Assembly (NCBI RefSeq): GCF_006345805.1
Contig: NC_042997.1
Location: 7,812,001-7,876,000 of the forward strand
Length of the DNA: 64,000 bases
DNA from: Octopus sinensis
Lineage: Eukaryota
Direction: 5' to 3'
Below are positions 25,788-38,199 of the stretch, piece by piece (positions within the stretch are counted from its first letter, which is position 1; each line of letters begins with the position of its first letter). The notes under the pieces were generated by a model. That model was not told where the DNA came from, did no database searches, and worked only from the letters and a program-made list of their open reading frames with translations. The position numbers were made by a program, and so were the translations under genes.

Positions 25788-26780
25788 GTATGGCTATATG
25801 TGTCTATAGTGTATGTATATACAGACAAGGCGTTCAAAACAATACCAAGTGCCAAGAAAGGGGAGTTATTAACGACTATTAGAGTTGACACCTCACGTAT
25901 GGTTATTGGAAATTGGCGTTCTCAACCAACAGACTGGATCTGAAATGCACACTTCGTATCCTATCTGATGATCGAGAACGTGCACTTCGGATAAATAGAT
26001 GTGAGCTGCCACCTCAAGTACACATATTTGCGTGTGCATATGCATTTCCATATAGATATAAGCACATATGTGGGTACACTCACTCACACATAAACGCGCG
26101 CGCACACACAGACACACATATATATTTATATATGATTGTACAATTACCATGAATATACCAGGGCATCAGTTTGAAATGCTATATTCCGTATTCAGTATAA
26201 ATTAATCTTATTCAGAAATTCTCTTACTTAATCTGGTCATTATGTAGATATCTAGCGTCAACTAAACACATGCGTAATGGTACACAAAGGAATATCGATT
26301 AGGGCTTACCAAAATATCTCATTATGTCTACGATGCAGTGGTAATTATGGTATGTAATTGGAGGTATATATGTAGATAAGGCTTTTCATATAATGGTATT
26401 TAAATATGGATTCAAATAAAAACATTCAGAAATTTTGCTTCAGGGAGGTGTGGAGGTTCTTTTTTTTCTCCGAATATTTGAATGAATTAGAATTATTGTG
26501 AGTGATTTATCAATTACATAGTGATGGATGAGAAGTAACAAACTTGTTTAAAAATGTAAAAAAATGAAGTTCGATAAATAAATGCTTGTATAATTTACAC
26601 AGCAATTTTCAATAATCATTAATTGTGAAACAATTATTTTACGCCATAGTTACACCTCCACAAACACATATATGTATGCCATTATTCAGTTTTTTTTTCC
26701 AAGATTTCTTGCCAATAGAGAAAGAGCCGGTTTCTAATCTATAACCAAGGCTTTTTCATTGGAATTTCAACATCAACAGA

Positions 26781-26832
<52 letters not shown>

Positions 26833-26844
26833 GCAGACACAGAG

Positions 26845-26928
<84 letters not shown>

Positions 26929-27544
26929 GCATATGCACGTGTGTGTGTGTGATAATTCATAGATCAGAACCCACTGAAGATTTCTAGAAAGAATGATTTA
27001 GTACTATACCATGACCAACAAATAATTTTAAGAAATTCGTAAATGATAAAAAAGTATCAAATAAATGAACGCTATGCATTTTCTTTTGGGTTTTCCTCAA
27101 TTTAAATTACAAATTTCTAACCCTACCATATGATGTGAAGGAACATTAATGTTGTTCGTATGAACGGCCATTGCTAGTGACATTGTATATGCGTGTATGT
27201 GAGTGTGTATGACTGGGTCTGTGCTCCCGCAGAGCGCGTGACTAAACGGCGTCTACTAATCGGTAATGGCGCTCTCATCATAAACACTCGGCTCTTGCTA
27301 GTGCTTTATTCATGCCGGCCATTTTACACATATTTGAATTGATTTGCTTTAGTGTCTGATACGATATAGATTACTTAAAGCTGGTGTCAGGTGAAGCCCA
27401 TTAGGTAGTAAAGTAGAGGAATCGCGATATCGGGATATATGATACACAACATGAGCTTATTACGAAATTGTGTTAAGCCTTCTGGAAGTAACGTAATGTC
27501 GATATAGATATTTTCGAGTATACAATAAATTACTCTGACATTTC

Positions 27545-27835
27545 AGCGGTGATGACGATGAGTGTACTTGCAGCTCCAATCAACGGAACAGCCTGCTTTT
27601 GAAACTAACGTTCAAGTGGCTAACCACTCAAATAACACGCATGCTGTCAACGTAATTTTCAGAGGGATTCAGCATGACACAGATTGTGACAAGTCTAGCT
27701 CTTTCAGTTATAGGTAAACATTACTTTGACAAACTGAATGGACTGGAACTACGTGAAATAAAGTGTCAAGCTTATGGAAACAAAGAGGCTCCACAACGAA
27801 TCGAACTCATGTACCTATTATCATGAGGCGAATAC
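27545..27835 (-). mobile_element. Decayed SINE family B-related fragment
   Basis: ATCAACGGAACAGCCTGC..AACGT..AGTGGCT..GACACAGA is the reverse complement of the 3' part of 40231-40613. It is followed by a head-like piece also seen at 42800-42915. Confidence 0.7.
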
Positions 27836-28070
27836 TCTAAGTATTAAGCCTCCCACCTCCGCAATAAATTGCTAATATTATCTGAATTTTTACATTATAT
27901 GGTTGAGCCTTAGTTACCTCTAGACAGTGTTTGTGTCTGTGTGTGTGCCTGTGCATGTGTGTATAGATGAAATGTATCAAAAAACAAAAGGCGAAAACAA
28001 GTGTATGAACAACAAGCAAATGTATTACTTTGATGCTCAGTAGTTGGGCAAAATAATGGTATGATTAGGG

Positions 28071-28292
28071 GTAAGGCGGCGAGCTGGCAGAATCGTTAGC
28101 ACGCCGGCCGAAATCGGTAGCCGTATTTCGTCTGCCGCTACATTCCGCCGAGGTCGACTTTGTCTTTCATCCTTTCGGGGTCGATTAAATAAGTACCAGT
28201 TACGCACTGGGGTCGATATAATCAACTTAATTCGTTTGTTGGTCCTCATTTGTCCTCTCTGTGTTTAGCCCCTTGTGGATAGTAAAGAAATA
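28071..28292 (+). mobile_element. tRNA-derived SINE, family C, with 13-bp TSD
   Basis: Head GGCGGCGAGCTGGCAGAATCGTTAGC and central CTTTCATCCTTTCGGGGTCGAT..AAGTACC box. GGTATGATTAGGG repeated at 28058-28070 and 28293-28305. Confidence 0.9.
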
Positions 28293-29494
28293 GGTATGAT
28301 TAGGGATGTTTAGTTCAGCCACTTTTGGTAAATATCTGCTTTATTCTGATTGTGTAAAATATATATATATATATATATGCATACTTGAGTAAATATGATT
28401 CAGTAATCTCAAAATGACTAAACATTCATTAGCAAATAAAAAACACATTTTAGCATGTATGTCTGAGATAGGGTTACATAAGAGAAGAATCTTTAGTCTG
28501 TGCTCCAAAACGTCACCAAACTGCCCGCGCTGTCTGTAAATTTGTGTTGTAAATTTTAATATTCTAAATGCAGCTATTCGAGTCTTGATTGTGAATACAT
28601 TTATTATAGCGTATATAAATTTTTCAGAGGCTAATGTACGTACGAAATCTTTATGAATCCGCAGCCTTTAAACAACTGCGTCAATTATATATGATAGACA
28701 CTCTCTAAGTTTAGGGTGGTTTAATAATATATATTTCAAACTTTCTTCAATGTGAATCGTAGAGCTAAAAAAATATATACGTGAGTCTTATATGAGTGCG
28801 TGTCAGTCATCAAAACAGCAAAAGTGTTGTATATTTTTAATGTGGAGCTATGCATATAAAAACAATGAATGCATGGAGAGGAAGTTAAGTTTCAGAAAAG
28901 AAATTCCTTATCTTAATCGAGCGTGCATAACTTTATTGCTGCAAATAACTAAGAGACTAATGTTTACTGGTATGTTTACACGATGTGTGGAACGTTGATT
29001 TAAAAAGTAGGCAACGGGAGAAGAGTTAAATTAAATTTGTTTTATTGGTTGATAGGATCAGAAAAATTGAAACAGATAAGCAATTTTTAAAGGGTAATGA
29101 TGCTGGCTAGGTCCGGGTGACATAAATGGAAAGGAAGAAAGTAGTAGAAAAGCATGGGGCAAAGGTGTTTACTTCACGGTTAGTTAAATTTAGGGAAGGA
29201 ATTTAAAATTCATACATTTTGATATATCTCCGAAGTGATTATGCCAATAATAAAAACACATCACTGATTCAAATTTCACTTCATTTCTTGTTATCACTCA
29301 CCCTTCTAGAACCACGTTTCCAGCAGTAAGGGCATGCCATTGATGATATTGTGAAGTGCTACAAAGGAATGCAAGCACATCTACGTGATGGATTGATTGA
29401 TTTATCGAAATAATTATACATAAATCGACTGGTTAGCTGGCTAAAAATGTCCAATGGTTGACTTATAACTATAGATGATACAACAGAATCTATT

Positions 29495-29920
29495 TCAGCC
29501 GGGCAAAATGCTTAGCAGTATTTCGTTCCTCTTTACGTTCAGAGTTCAAATTCCATCACGTTCAACTTTAATTTTCATCCTTCGGTATCGATGAAATAAG
29601 TACCAGTTGAGTATTGGTGTCGATATAATCAACTATCTGCCCTACACACACACGCACAAAAATTTCAGGCTTTGTACCTATAGTAGAAAGGATTATTGTT
29701 ATCAGCATCATCAAGGTGGTGAGCTGGCAGAACCGTTAGTACGTCTGGCAAAATGCTCATCGGCATTTTGTCCAGTTTAAAGTTCTGAGTTCAAATTCCG
29801 CTGAGGTCAACTTTGCCTTTCATCCTTTGTGGGATGACAGTTTTTATCTGAGGTAGATGTAATTGACTACGCCGTCTTCGAATTTGCTGGCCTTGTGCCA
29901 AAATTTGAAGCCATTATTGT
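29495..29920 (+). mobile_element. Two tandem decayed SINE family C copies
   Basis: GGGCAAAATGCTTAGC..GAGTTCAAATTCC..TTTCATCCTT motifs at ~29500-29690 and again at ~29715-29900. Confidence 0.8.
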
Positions 29921-30189
29921 TGTTATTATTGATGATATTTTTGTTGTTGTTATTTTTGTTATATTTGTTGTTGTTCGATTTTACTTTGTATTTACGAACG
30001 CTTAGGACAATGTTGATGGTTGTAATATATTACTTATCGTTGGGAAAGCCTCCTCTTAAGACATCAGATTTTTATTCACATTGATAAAGCAACTATGTCA
30101 CCTAATTTTCCCATTCATATCATCGCCAAAGAACTTCTCAATATTATTGATATCAGCACTGATTTTTGTGTAACGTTCATCTTATAGGT

Positions 30190-30710
30190 CGTGGGGTTAT
30201 AAACAAGTTATATTTATTCTTCCATAAGCAGAAACGATCGCTGCTATTCATATATGCTTTCAATGATCGCCGCCGCCGCAGAACTTCAGAATATACTGTC
30301 TGACCCAAAATATGAGAGATATAAAAACAAAGGATCTCGATAAATCAGTTGTCTCTGCTTGAGATGTTACCACTGGTATTACATCTGAATTAACAACAGA
30401 TAATTTTGAAGTACCGTACCATATATGCATTGAAAATTCTATAGTAAATCATATTCTTTCAGAGAAGCATTACAGAAAGAGAACTAGCATATCTAGGATG
30501 TCTTTCTTTACTTGTGGAGATTTTAGAACGTCTAACATAAAATGATGAAAAGTAATTTAGTCTAGATCAAATTGTTTGTAAAAAGATCAGGAAAATAAAG
30601 AATGCAACACAACGACAGTATCAATGTCAGTTACCCCATCTGGAATGCCACCACAATTTAGATTTTAAAATAGAAGTAGTTATAATGGTATTGCGCAATA
30701 ACTAGGGTTT
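30190..30710 (+). mobile_element. Helitron PIF1-type helicase fragment, decayed
   Basis: Peptides FRIYCLTQNMR (~30285-30320) and SVTPSGMPP/LDFKIEVVIMVLRN (~30625-30700) match Helitron helicase motifs L..NMR and PSG.PPH.L.LK....MLLRN. Confidence 0.7.
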
Positions 30711-32514
30711 TTTCTACTTCAAGAAAACTATAAACCGTATAGTAATTGCTGTAAACGTTTCTAAATAAGTAGAACTTTGCATTGTGGGTGAACGCGGATA
30801 CACAAAATTAAACTGATACCCGCCGTAACAAGGTGACTCTTTGATTTCTACTCTAGGCGCAACAAATTGACCTTTTACTTCACAAGGAACTGAGTTTCCT
30901 GTTATAGATTACTCAAGGTCAATTTATAAGTCTAAGGGTCAAAGATATAGGTTTTTGTACCTAAACAAGTATTTATGCGTGGACAGTAATTCGTTGCATT
31001 CCCTAAAGCCAGAAAACTAACAGGCGTTGTTGGAAGTATAGGTAATATGAAAATGGAAGGGAAAGAATGTGAAAAAATATGTTAAACCATCGTACATAAA
31101 GGAAGTCTTCAACTAATGTCATAAAATTATAATAATGATAGTAAACGGTATAATGATTCAACTGATACAATAATGAAACAATTATATATCTACACCGGTT
31201 AATGATTACGTTGGCATCAATTATTGATTTTTTAAATTACTTTTCAAACCGTATTCATTAAATAAATAGTATACTGGTGTTAATTCAAATGAAAATAGAG
31301 TGATATATATTTTTTGAAATAATTCTTTTTCATTCTTATCTATTCACCAACTGGCGGTAAGTTACAACAAAACCCTTTCTATGTGTTTAAAAAAAAATAT
31401 GTATAAGTAATAATGGTTGACTTTCTTGACAACGTCTAAAGGATTACTACCTGTCCATTCACAGAATATTGAGATTTGGAAAAGTACTACTACGATTGGC
31501 AGAGCAAAATAAAATAATATCATACAGAATATTTTTGCATTCAATTTATAGTTAAAGTTGCTTTAAGCATTTGCTCCATACATAATTTTTGGAAAATATT
31601 TCAAATAGTTTTAATAATATATTGTACAATGGATTTACGAAAATACTTGATATAGTATTTTCTCATACGCTTACGAGAGTACTTTCAGTCCTTAACAGAA
31701 AGATAGAAATAATAAGTTACAACTCTCACACTAAAAGAGATGACAATTGTGTTACAATGCATATAGTTTTCTCCAACTACTTCAACTTCAATATTACTCA
31801 CGTAGATTTGTAGAATCTCAAGATGGAAAAACTACGCTTTCAAAATAAATTGTTTTTCATGGTTCAGTTAAAACTTCCAACAATCTTATATTTTTATTTC
31901 AAATATCCGTATTAAGACTTGTTAAAACTTCACCGACTTACTGTAGCCGAATAACAATAAAATTGTCTTCGATTTTGATCCATAATTGATATTGCTAACT
32001 TCTTGATGTAAAGTGAAAGAAATAATAGAAAACAACCCACAAAGTATAATACCTAAGAATATAGCTTCCAGAGATTTTATTCATGAGGTTGCATTTCAAT
32101 ACAACCAATGTGTACTTTAACATTTCAAATTCTTCAGAAAAATGTACAATTTCATCTTACAATTTTCAGTTTCAACATGAAATGTCCTCGGATATTACTG
32201 TTTATTATACATATTACAATTATTGTTACCCAAATCTTTATAGCTGCTAATTTAATAAGCAAGCACGATATTATAGGATTTACTAATAACAAATCTCAAA
32301 TTAGAAAAAAGGCTTTTACATAATTTTGCAAAATAAAAAAAGAAAAACACTTTTTCGCAGGTCAATAGGTGTCCTAGTTTCGGTATTCTTCAGCCTTTTA
32401 GGCAGCACATTAAATATGAAATAATTCGTAAATTTCTGTTTCATAACATCTCTGGCTTGGCGTTGACATTTGTGTGTTGTTGCATTGCATTTTCTCTTGT
32501 CTTTCTCTTCCCAT

Positions 32515-32720
32515 TTTACTACTACTACTACCAACACGACCACAACTTCAACTACCATCTCTACTACTGGTAAGACCATGTCTGCTACCACAACTGTCAG
32601 TACTATTACTACTGCTACCATCACCTCCACAATTACTACTATAACATAAACTGCTGCTGCTGCTACGACTACTAATACGACTACTAATACGACTACTATT
32701 ACTACTACTTCTTGCAATTT
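32515..32720. repeat. Degenerate (ACT)n/(CTA)n low-complexity tract
   Basis: Direct reading. Confidence 0.85.
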
Positions 32721-33049
32721 TAGTTGCTGTTGCTGTTCAAGCTGCCGAATGTTACCACCGGTAGATTTGTCTTCATTTCACTCTTAGAATTTTGGATATT
32801 TACCAAGAACGTCTGAATAAAATATAAATTTGTTTAGATCTTTTTCAGCAAAGAACCACTGCACGCTAAATCCATACCGTTATAAAGTTAAGCTTTATAG
32901 GTTTTTTATGACGGAGAAAGAACATGAACACACGAAAAACGCTGAAGAAATGGGTTTTTTTAAAATAAAAATAGGCTAAATTTAATCCTCTAAAAATCAT
33001 AAAATTTTTAGCATTTATAAACGTCAAATTAGATCATTCGAACTCAACT

Positions 33050-33283
33050 GTACCTAACAGCGAAACATTGGCTTCAAAGTTTGGCTTAAGACCAGCAATT
33101 TCCGAGGAGGATGTAAGTTGATTACATCGGTCTCTATACACAATTGGCACTTATTTTAGCGACCTCGAAAAGATGAAATGCCACGTCGACCACTGTAGAA
33201 TTTGAACTGAAGATGTGAAGACGGATGAAATACCGCTAAGCATTTTGCCCGACGTGATTACGATTCTTCCAGTTCGCCGCCTT
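33050..33283 (-). mobile_element. SINE family C, decayed
   Basis: Reverse-complement head (CAGTTCGCCGCC) and GAAATACCGCTAAGCATTTTGCCC motif. Confidence 0.82.
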
Positions 33284-33459
33284 AACTACCAACGAAATAT
33301 TAGCAATAACAACAATAAATACTTTGTAATACGATGTAAGCAAAACAGTTTGAAAGATCGACCGTCTTCATGAGTGAAACATACAATTGTCAATATTGCC
33401 TTTTTCTAGTGATCCCTGTAAAAATAAGTATTCTTACTAGTACAGAAGACATATTAATG

Positions 33460-34612
33460 AGTTAAATGATGTTCAAACTTGTAGGTAGGATTGCTGATTT
33501 TGTAGTGTTTACATGTTTTCCAATGTAAATACTGTCCTACACTATCGTGGCGAATTTTTATTCGTTTAGTGTCAGCATAGGACATACCAAGTCGAGAGGG
33601 TTTATTGTTTAATCGAATTCATCACAGAATCTCATTTAAGGAACAGAAGCGTTTGAAAAACGTTAGCCTGGTAGTTTTTGTAAGGAAACTTTGAACTTGT
33701 GCCGTCAATATGAAATCTTCAGTCTTTGCTTTCAGTACTAATCTTCTGAGCCACTGATGTGTTGTTGATTTGTCTACATCAGCATTCCGGTTTCGAAGTG
33801 TATATTGTCCATGGAGAAGCTTCTGGCTACACCCATCGTCAATTTGTTTCTGCGGGTTCTTTTTGCAGTCTGTTTGATACGTTTTGCATTTTTCGTGGCA
33901 GTGGTTTCAGACTCTTTATCAAATTCAGGGTTAATGCCAATTTCCCTTGATAATTGTCAGACTTTTTGACAATGCAATGTAATTTTTGCTGCAGTCGTTT
34001 TTGCTCACCTGCTGCAGCATCCAGTCCTCTGCACTAGATATGTACTTCTTCATTGCTATTATGGAGGCCTTATGGCACAGTTCTATCCGCATCATTCCTC
34101 TTCCCCCATTACTTCTAGATAGGTACTGACGATTAACGTCTGCTTTTGGGTGGTGCATGTTCTTAGATGTTAATAGTTGTCTTCTCTTATTGTCCAGCCG
34201 TTTGAGTTAATGATGTTGAAACTGTATTGGACTAATTAAAGTGCCAGGGTGTTAATGGCTTCGATGCGATTTTTCGAGTTAAGTTATGTTTTTAGTATGA
34301 GTCGTATTCTTCTGTGGTACTACTTTCGTATTTTATCCTTTATAGTAGCATGTTCTATACCATCTTCGTTTATTCCAAGGTATTTATAGCTTTCTCGGGA
34401 GTCAAGCTCCTTCATGGATGTCTCGGTATCTAATTTAATGGAAACTGTTTACTTGAGCTTGCCAATTACAAAATCCATTCTAGTGTTATTGCTGCACTCT
34501 TTAACAGTTGTTAACAGGCCGAGTAGCTCTTCGTCGTTTCTAGCAAACAACTTCAGATCGTCCATATACAACAGATGATTTACAATAGTATTATACATTT
34601 TGAACCCATACT
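33460..34612 (-). mobile_element. R4/Dong-like retrotransposon, RT (YMDD) to zinc-knuckle region
   Basis: Minus-strand peptides IKYGFKMYNTIVNHLLYMDDLKLFARN, SYKYLGINE, MHHPKADVNRQYLSRSNGGRG, IRHDSVGQYLHWKTCKHY. The 5' truncation point abuts (AAT)n at ~34615-34710. Confidence 0.92.
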
Positions 34613-34649
34613 TGATTTATTATTATCATTATTACTATTATTATTATTA

Positions 34650-34682
<33 letters not shown>

Positions 34683-34706
34683 CTTTATTATTATCATTAT
34701 ACGTAA

Positions 34707-34743
<37 letters not shown>

Positions 34744-34764
34744 TGTTGTTGTAGTAGTAGTAAT

Positions 34765-34935
34765 ATGGCGGCGAGGTGGCAGGGTCGTTAGCATGCCAGG
34801 TGAAATGCTTAGCGGGATTTCTACTACATTTTACCTTCCGAGTTCAAATACCACCGCTGTCGACATTGAATTTCATCCTTTCGGTGTCAACAAATTAAGC
34901 ACCCGAACTCCTCCCACGAAAAATTCGGACCTAGA
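34765..34935 (+). mobile_element. SINE family C next to (TAG)n
   Basis: GGCGGCGAGGTGGCAGGGTCGTTAGC head and TTTCATCCTTTCGGTGTC box. Confidence 0.82.
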
Positions 34936-34949
34936 GCAGAACAGATTTA

Positions 34950-36348
34950 TATTATGATTATTATTATTATTTATGGGTTTTTCTTCTTCTTTCAAATTTG
35001 CTTCCATTTCTTGCCGAGTATCTTCCCGACTCATTGGGCAAAGAAAGTCATAGTATACATTGGTAGGCCATTAAGCTAAACTCACTAGTTCATTGATTTT
35101 TTTTTTTTATAGAAATAAAGTTAAATTAGAATACATGGATAGTAATAGTTCTCACATCGACAATGCTCTTCTCAATACGTATGATGTACCAGTTAAGACA
35201 ATCTTTTGCACTTCTTGCAGGGATGGTAAGCCAGGGATCATTCTCATATAATTTTCGGTTCCCTTCTTGATCATTCCTAGTGCTTTTATGATCACTGGTA
35301 TTGTAACCGCCTTGAGATTCCATATATTCTCACTTTCAATGAGCAGGTCTTTATATTTTCTGAGCTTGTCAAATTCTTTCGCAGAGATATTATGATTACA
35401 GGGGATGCTCATGTCGATCAATAAGCAAACTTTATTGTTTTAGTCTTTCACAAAAATATCCGGTTTATTGGCTTTGATGGTTCGGTCTGTATCTACTGGA
35501 AAGTCCCACAGAATCGTTACATTTTCTCTTTCAGTTACAGCTTCAGGGTGGTGATTATACCACTTGTCGGGAGTTTTGATATTGTAATGCCGACTTATTA
35601 GCCAGTGTAGATATTGGCCAACTGGGTCATGTCTTAATTTATACTCCACTGGTGCTAAGACTTTTACATCCAGAGATTAGGTGGTCCACTGTTTCAATCA
35701 TGTCATTGCAGAATCGGCATTTTGGGTCTGCTCCATTTTTCATTACATTGGCCTGGTAGTTCCGGGTTAATAGGCTTTGATCTTGAGCAGCCAGGATGAA
35801 ACCTGCTTTTAGTCCTGAGCTCCGTAGCCACTGATGGGTTTGCTTCTGGTCAACATCAGCTTGTTTGCTACGGGCCACATATTTGCCGTGCAGAGGTTTC
35901 TCCTCCCACCTATCAGCCAATTGCTCGTGCGCTTTTTTCGTCGCCATTATTTTCACCTTCTTTGCAACAATAGTTGCCGTACTTCCCTCGGGTTGTTCAG
36001 TTTGGGTATCCTGCACGAGATCAATAGCAAATTTTTTGCTTTCCTTTATGATAGAATGAAGCTTCTTTCGTCTCTCGTGATTTTCCACGAGCTTTAGCAT
36101 CCAGTCATTCGATATTTCGAGATATTTGGCCAGTCCAATTGTGGTTGTTTTGTAAGCTAGTTCAAATTGGATCAGGCCTCGACCTCCTTGGGCTCTGGGA
36201 AGGTAAAGGCGATCTACGTCTGCCTTTGGGTGGTGCATCCTATTACAACTCAGCAGCTTGCGTATTTTTCTATCTATATTCTTTACTTCACTCATATTCA
36301 AGTTCAACATATTGAAGCTATAAGTAACAACTGGAACTGCTAAGGAAT
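34950..36348 (-). mobile_element. R4/Dong-like retrotransposon 3' half (best-preserved copy) with 3' UTR, flanked by (TAA)n on both sides
   Basis: INSLAVPVVTYSF, RMHHPKADVDRLYLPRAQGGRGL, WLRSSGLKA, KCRFCNDMIETVDHLISGC, RHDPVGQYLHW, ILWDFPV, NKPDIFVKD, LIDMSIP, KYKDL, IVLTGTSYVLRRALSM* (stop 35152). The UTR runs into TAA repeats at ~34950-34972. Confidence 0.93.
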
Positions 36349-36349
36349 T

Positions 36350-36351
36350 TA

Positions 36352-36384
<33 letters not shown>

Positions 36385-36447
36385 CATTATTATTATTATT
36401 ATTATCATTATTATTATTATTATTAATATCATTATTATTATTATTAT

Positions 36448-36528
<81 letters not shown>

Positions 36529-36538
36529 AAGTAGTAAT
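36350..36538. repeat. Compound (ATT)n + (TAG)n microsatellite
   Basis: Direct reading. It fakes the N-terminus of the 301-aa ORF. Confidence 0.98.
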
Positions 36539-36544
36539 TTGCAC

Positions 36545-37320
36545 AGATTCTAACGCTGGAGACGTACTACAATGTCAACTGTTCACTACCAGTGGACTAA
36601 GGTAAGAGCCTCATATTTTTCGAGCACTTCCCGGGGTATACGAGCGGTTCCAAGCAGTGCTTTTTCAGCAAGTTTCTCCACCCTTCTTGCAGCTCCTATT
36701 TGTTCACCGTACTTCTCAAGATTTTTGCTCACGGTTACCAGGGTTCCGACAATTATTGGTACTACTGCTACCATTTTCATCGACCAAGATAACCTGTCAT
36801 ATCTCTCGACTTTTCTTTTTTCCTTATCGCATACCTTTTTGTCAGCTGGGTATGCTATATCTATGATCCTCATAGTTTGTTTTGTTTCTCAATTAATACT
36901 ATGTCGGCTTCCTATTCTGTATCTTATGGTAGCACTGAATCATAAAATCCCACAGAATCTTTGCATTTCTATTTTCGACGATGCCTTTAGGTTATTGGTC
37001 GTATCAATTTTTGCTCTGCCAAGTCCATACTTGGTGCAAAATGTCCACTGAACAAGCCTTGCTATATGGTCGTGGCGTATCTTGCATTCCTTCTGGGCTA
37101 GTGGAGTACGTTGGCTGGTAATATGCCATACGGTTTCACTTTTTCCACAGTTTCTGCACTTATCACTTTCTACTGTGTTACCTATTCTGTATTTTATGTA
37201 ATTTGCTCTTAGTGCTTGCTCTTGGGTTTCTCGGTCTGTCTTGGTCATGCCTTCGTTTCTTTACCCACCTATTTTCAGTTTCATTCGTTTTCAATTTCTT
37301 GTATAGCGTTTTATCTTTGC
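36545..37320 (-). mobile_element. R4/Dong-like retrotransposon 3' fragment (different subfamily)
   Basis: AQEQALRANYIK, KCRNCGKSETVWHI, RHDHIARLVQW, LWDFMIQC, IIDIAYPADK, VPIIVGTLV, ALLGTARIPREVL. 5' end abuts (AAT)n at 37323-37419. Confidence 0.9.
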
Positions 37321-37378
37321 AAAGTTATTATTATTATTTTTATTATCGTTGTTGTTGTTTTTGTTGTTGTTATTGTTA

Positions 37379-37419
<41 letters not shown>

Positions 37420-37830
37420 AGTTTGACTTTTGTTTTGTATTTGTACAAGTTGGTTCCAAGTCTCACCCAGAGACCTCAAGTTAGAAGTTCATATTGGTCT
37501 TATACTTGCGGTGCCATATATTTGATTTTGCACAGAGTATTGTTCTAGAGAATGTTTAAAAAAAAACATTAACAAATTATGAGTTTATTTTAAAATTTGG
37601 GATTACATAGACATTATTTTACGTAGGATATAGGCTGATTCCATGAGCACTATCTTTTGAATTTCTACCATTTTGCGGTTTCCTTTTATTTGGGCTAGGT
37701 TGCAACCAACGCCTTTTGCTCTCATTCCTAAGGCACCTATGACAACAGGTATTGTTTTAGGCTTGATGTTCCATATTTTGCTAATTTCTCTTTCAAGATG
37801 TGTATAGCGTGAAATAAAACATCATTTCTC
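37420..37830 (-). mobile_element. R4/Dong-like retrotransposon extreme 3' end plus UTR ending in (TAA)n
   Basis: HLEREISKIWNIKPKTIPVVIGALG..IQKIVLMESAYILRKIMSM*, then a UTR ending CAAAAGTCAAACTTA(TAA)n. Confidence 0.88.
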
Positions 37831-38199
37831 TGATCAGAATCATGCAATAGCTTAAAAATATAGAGTCGGAACAAGCATTTCGTCCAGTCTATGAAAAATT
37901 CCTTGAACACTCAATTTTTCAAAACAACTATTATTAGTTTTATTTTCTTTAAAGTGATTTTATGTTTGTTTTGCTTGAACTACAAAAGATGTTTTCTATT
38001 CAAATTAAAAAGCAATGAATTCACAAAGATCAATCTTGTCTATGTTTTCGTTTGGAAATTCTAAGACTTCCAAAACTGCAAAAATGATGAAACCGAGATT
38101 TCTTTCATTTCAAATCAATCACAGTTAAGTGAATCTGTGACATTACATCATCCACTAACCTGTTTAGCAGGTGATGTTATGCAACCTACAGATCATGTC

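Noticed and set aside
25955-26000. CTGATGA hammerhead-like core (also CTGAAGA at ~16200 and CTGATGA at ~23443)
   Set aside because: No correctly spaced stem II plus GAAA plus cleavage triplet could be built.
35639-36544. 301-aa ORF, the longest in the track, as a novel poly-T/poly-N protein
   Set aside because: The N-terminus is translated (TAC)n/(AAT)n microsatellite fused in frame to a 5'-truncated retrotransposon ORF.
33460-37830. CRISPR-like repeat-spacer array
   Set aside because: The spacers are LINE fragments of 0.4-1.4 kb and the repeats are simple microsatellites. Eukaryotic context, no cas genes.
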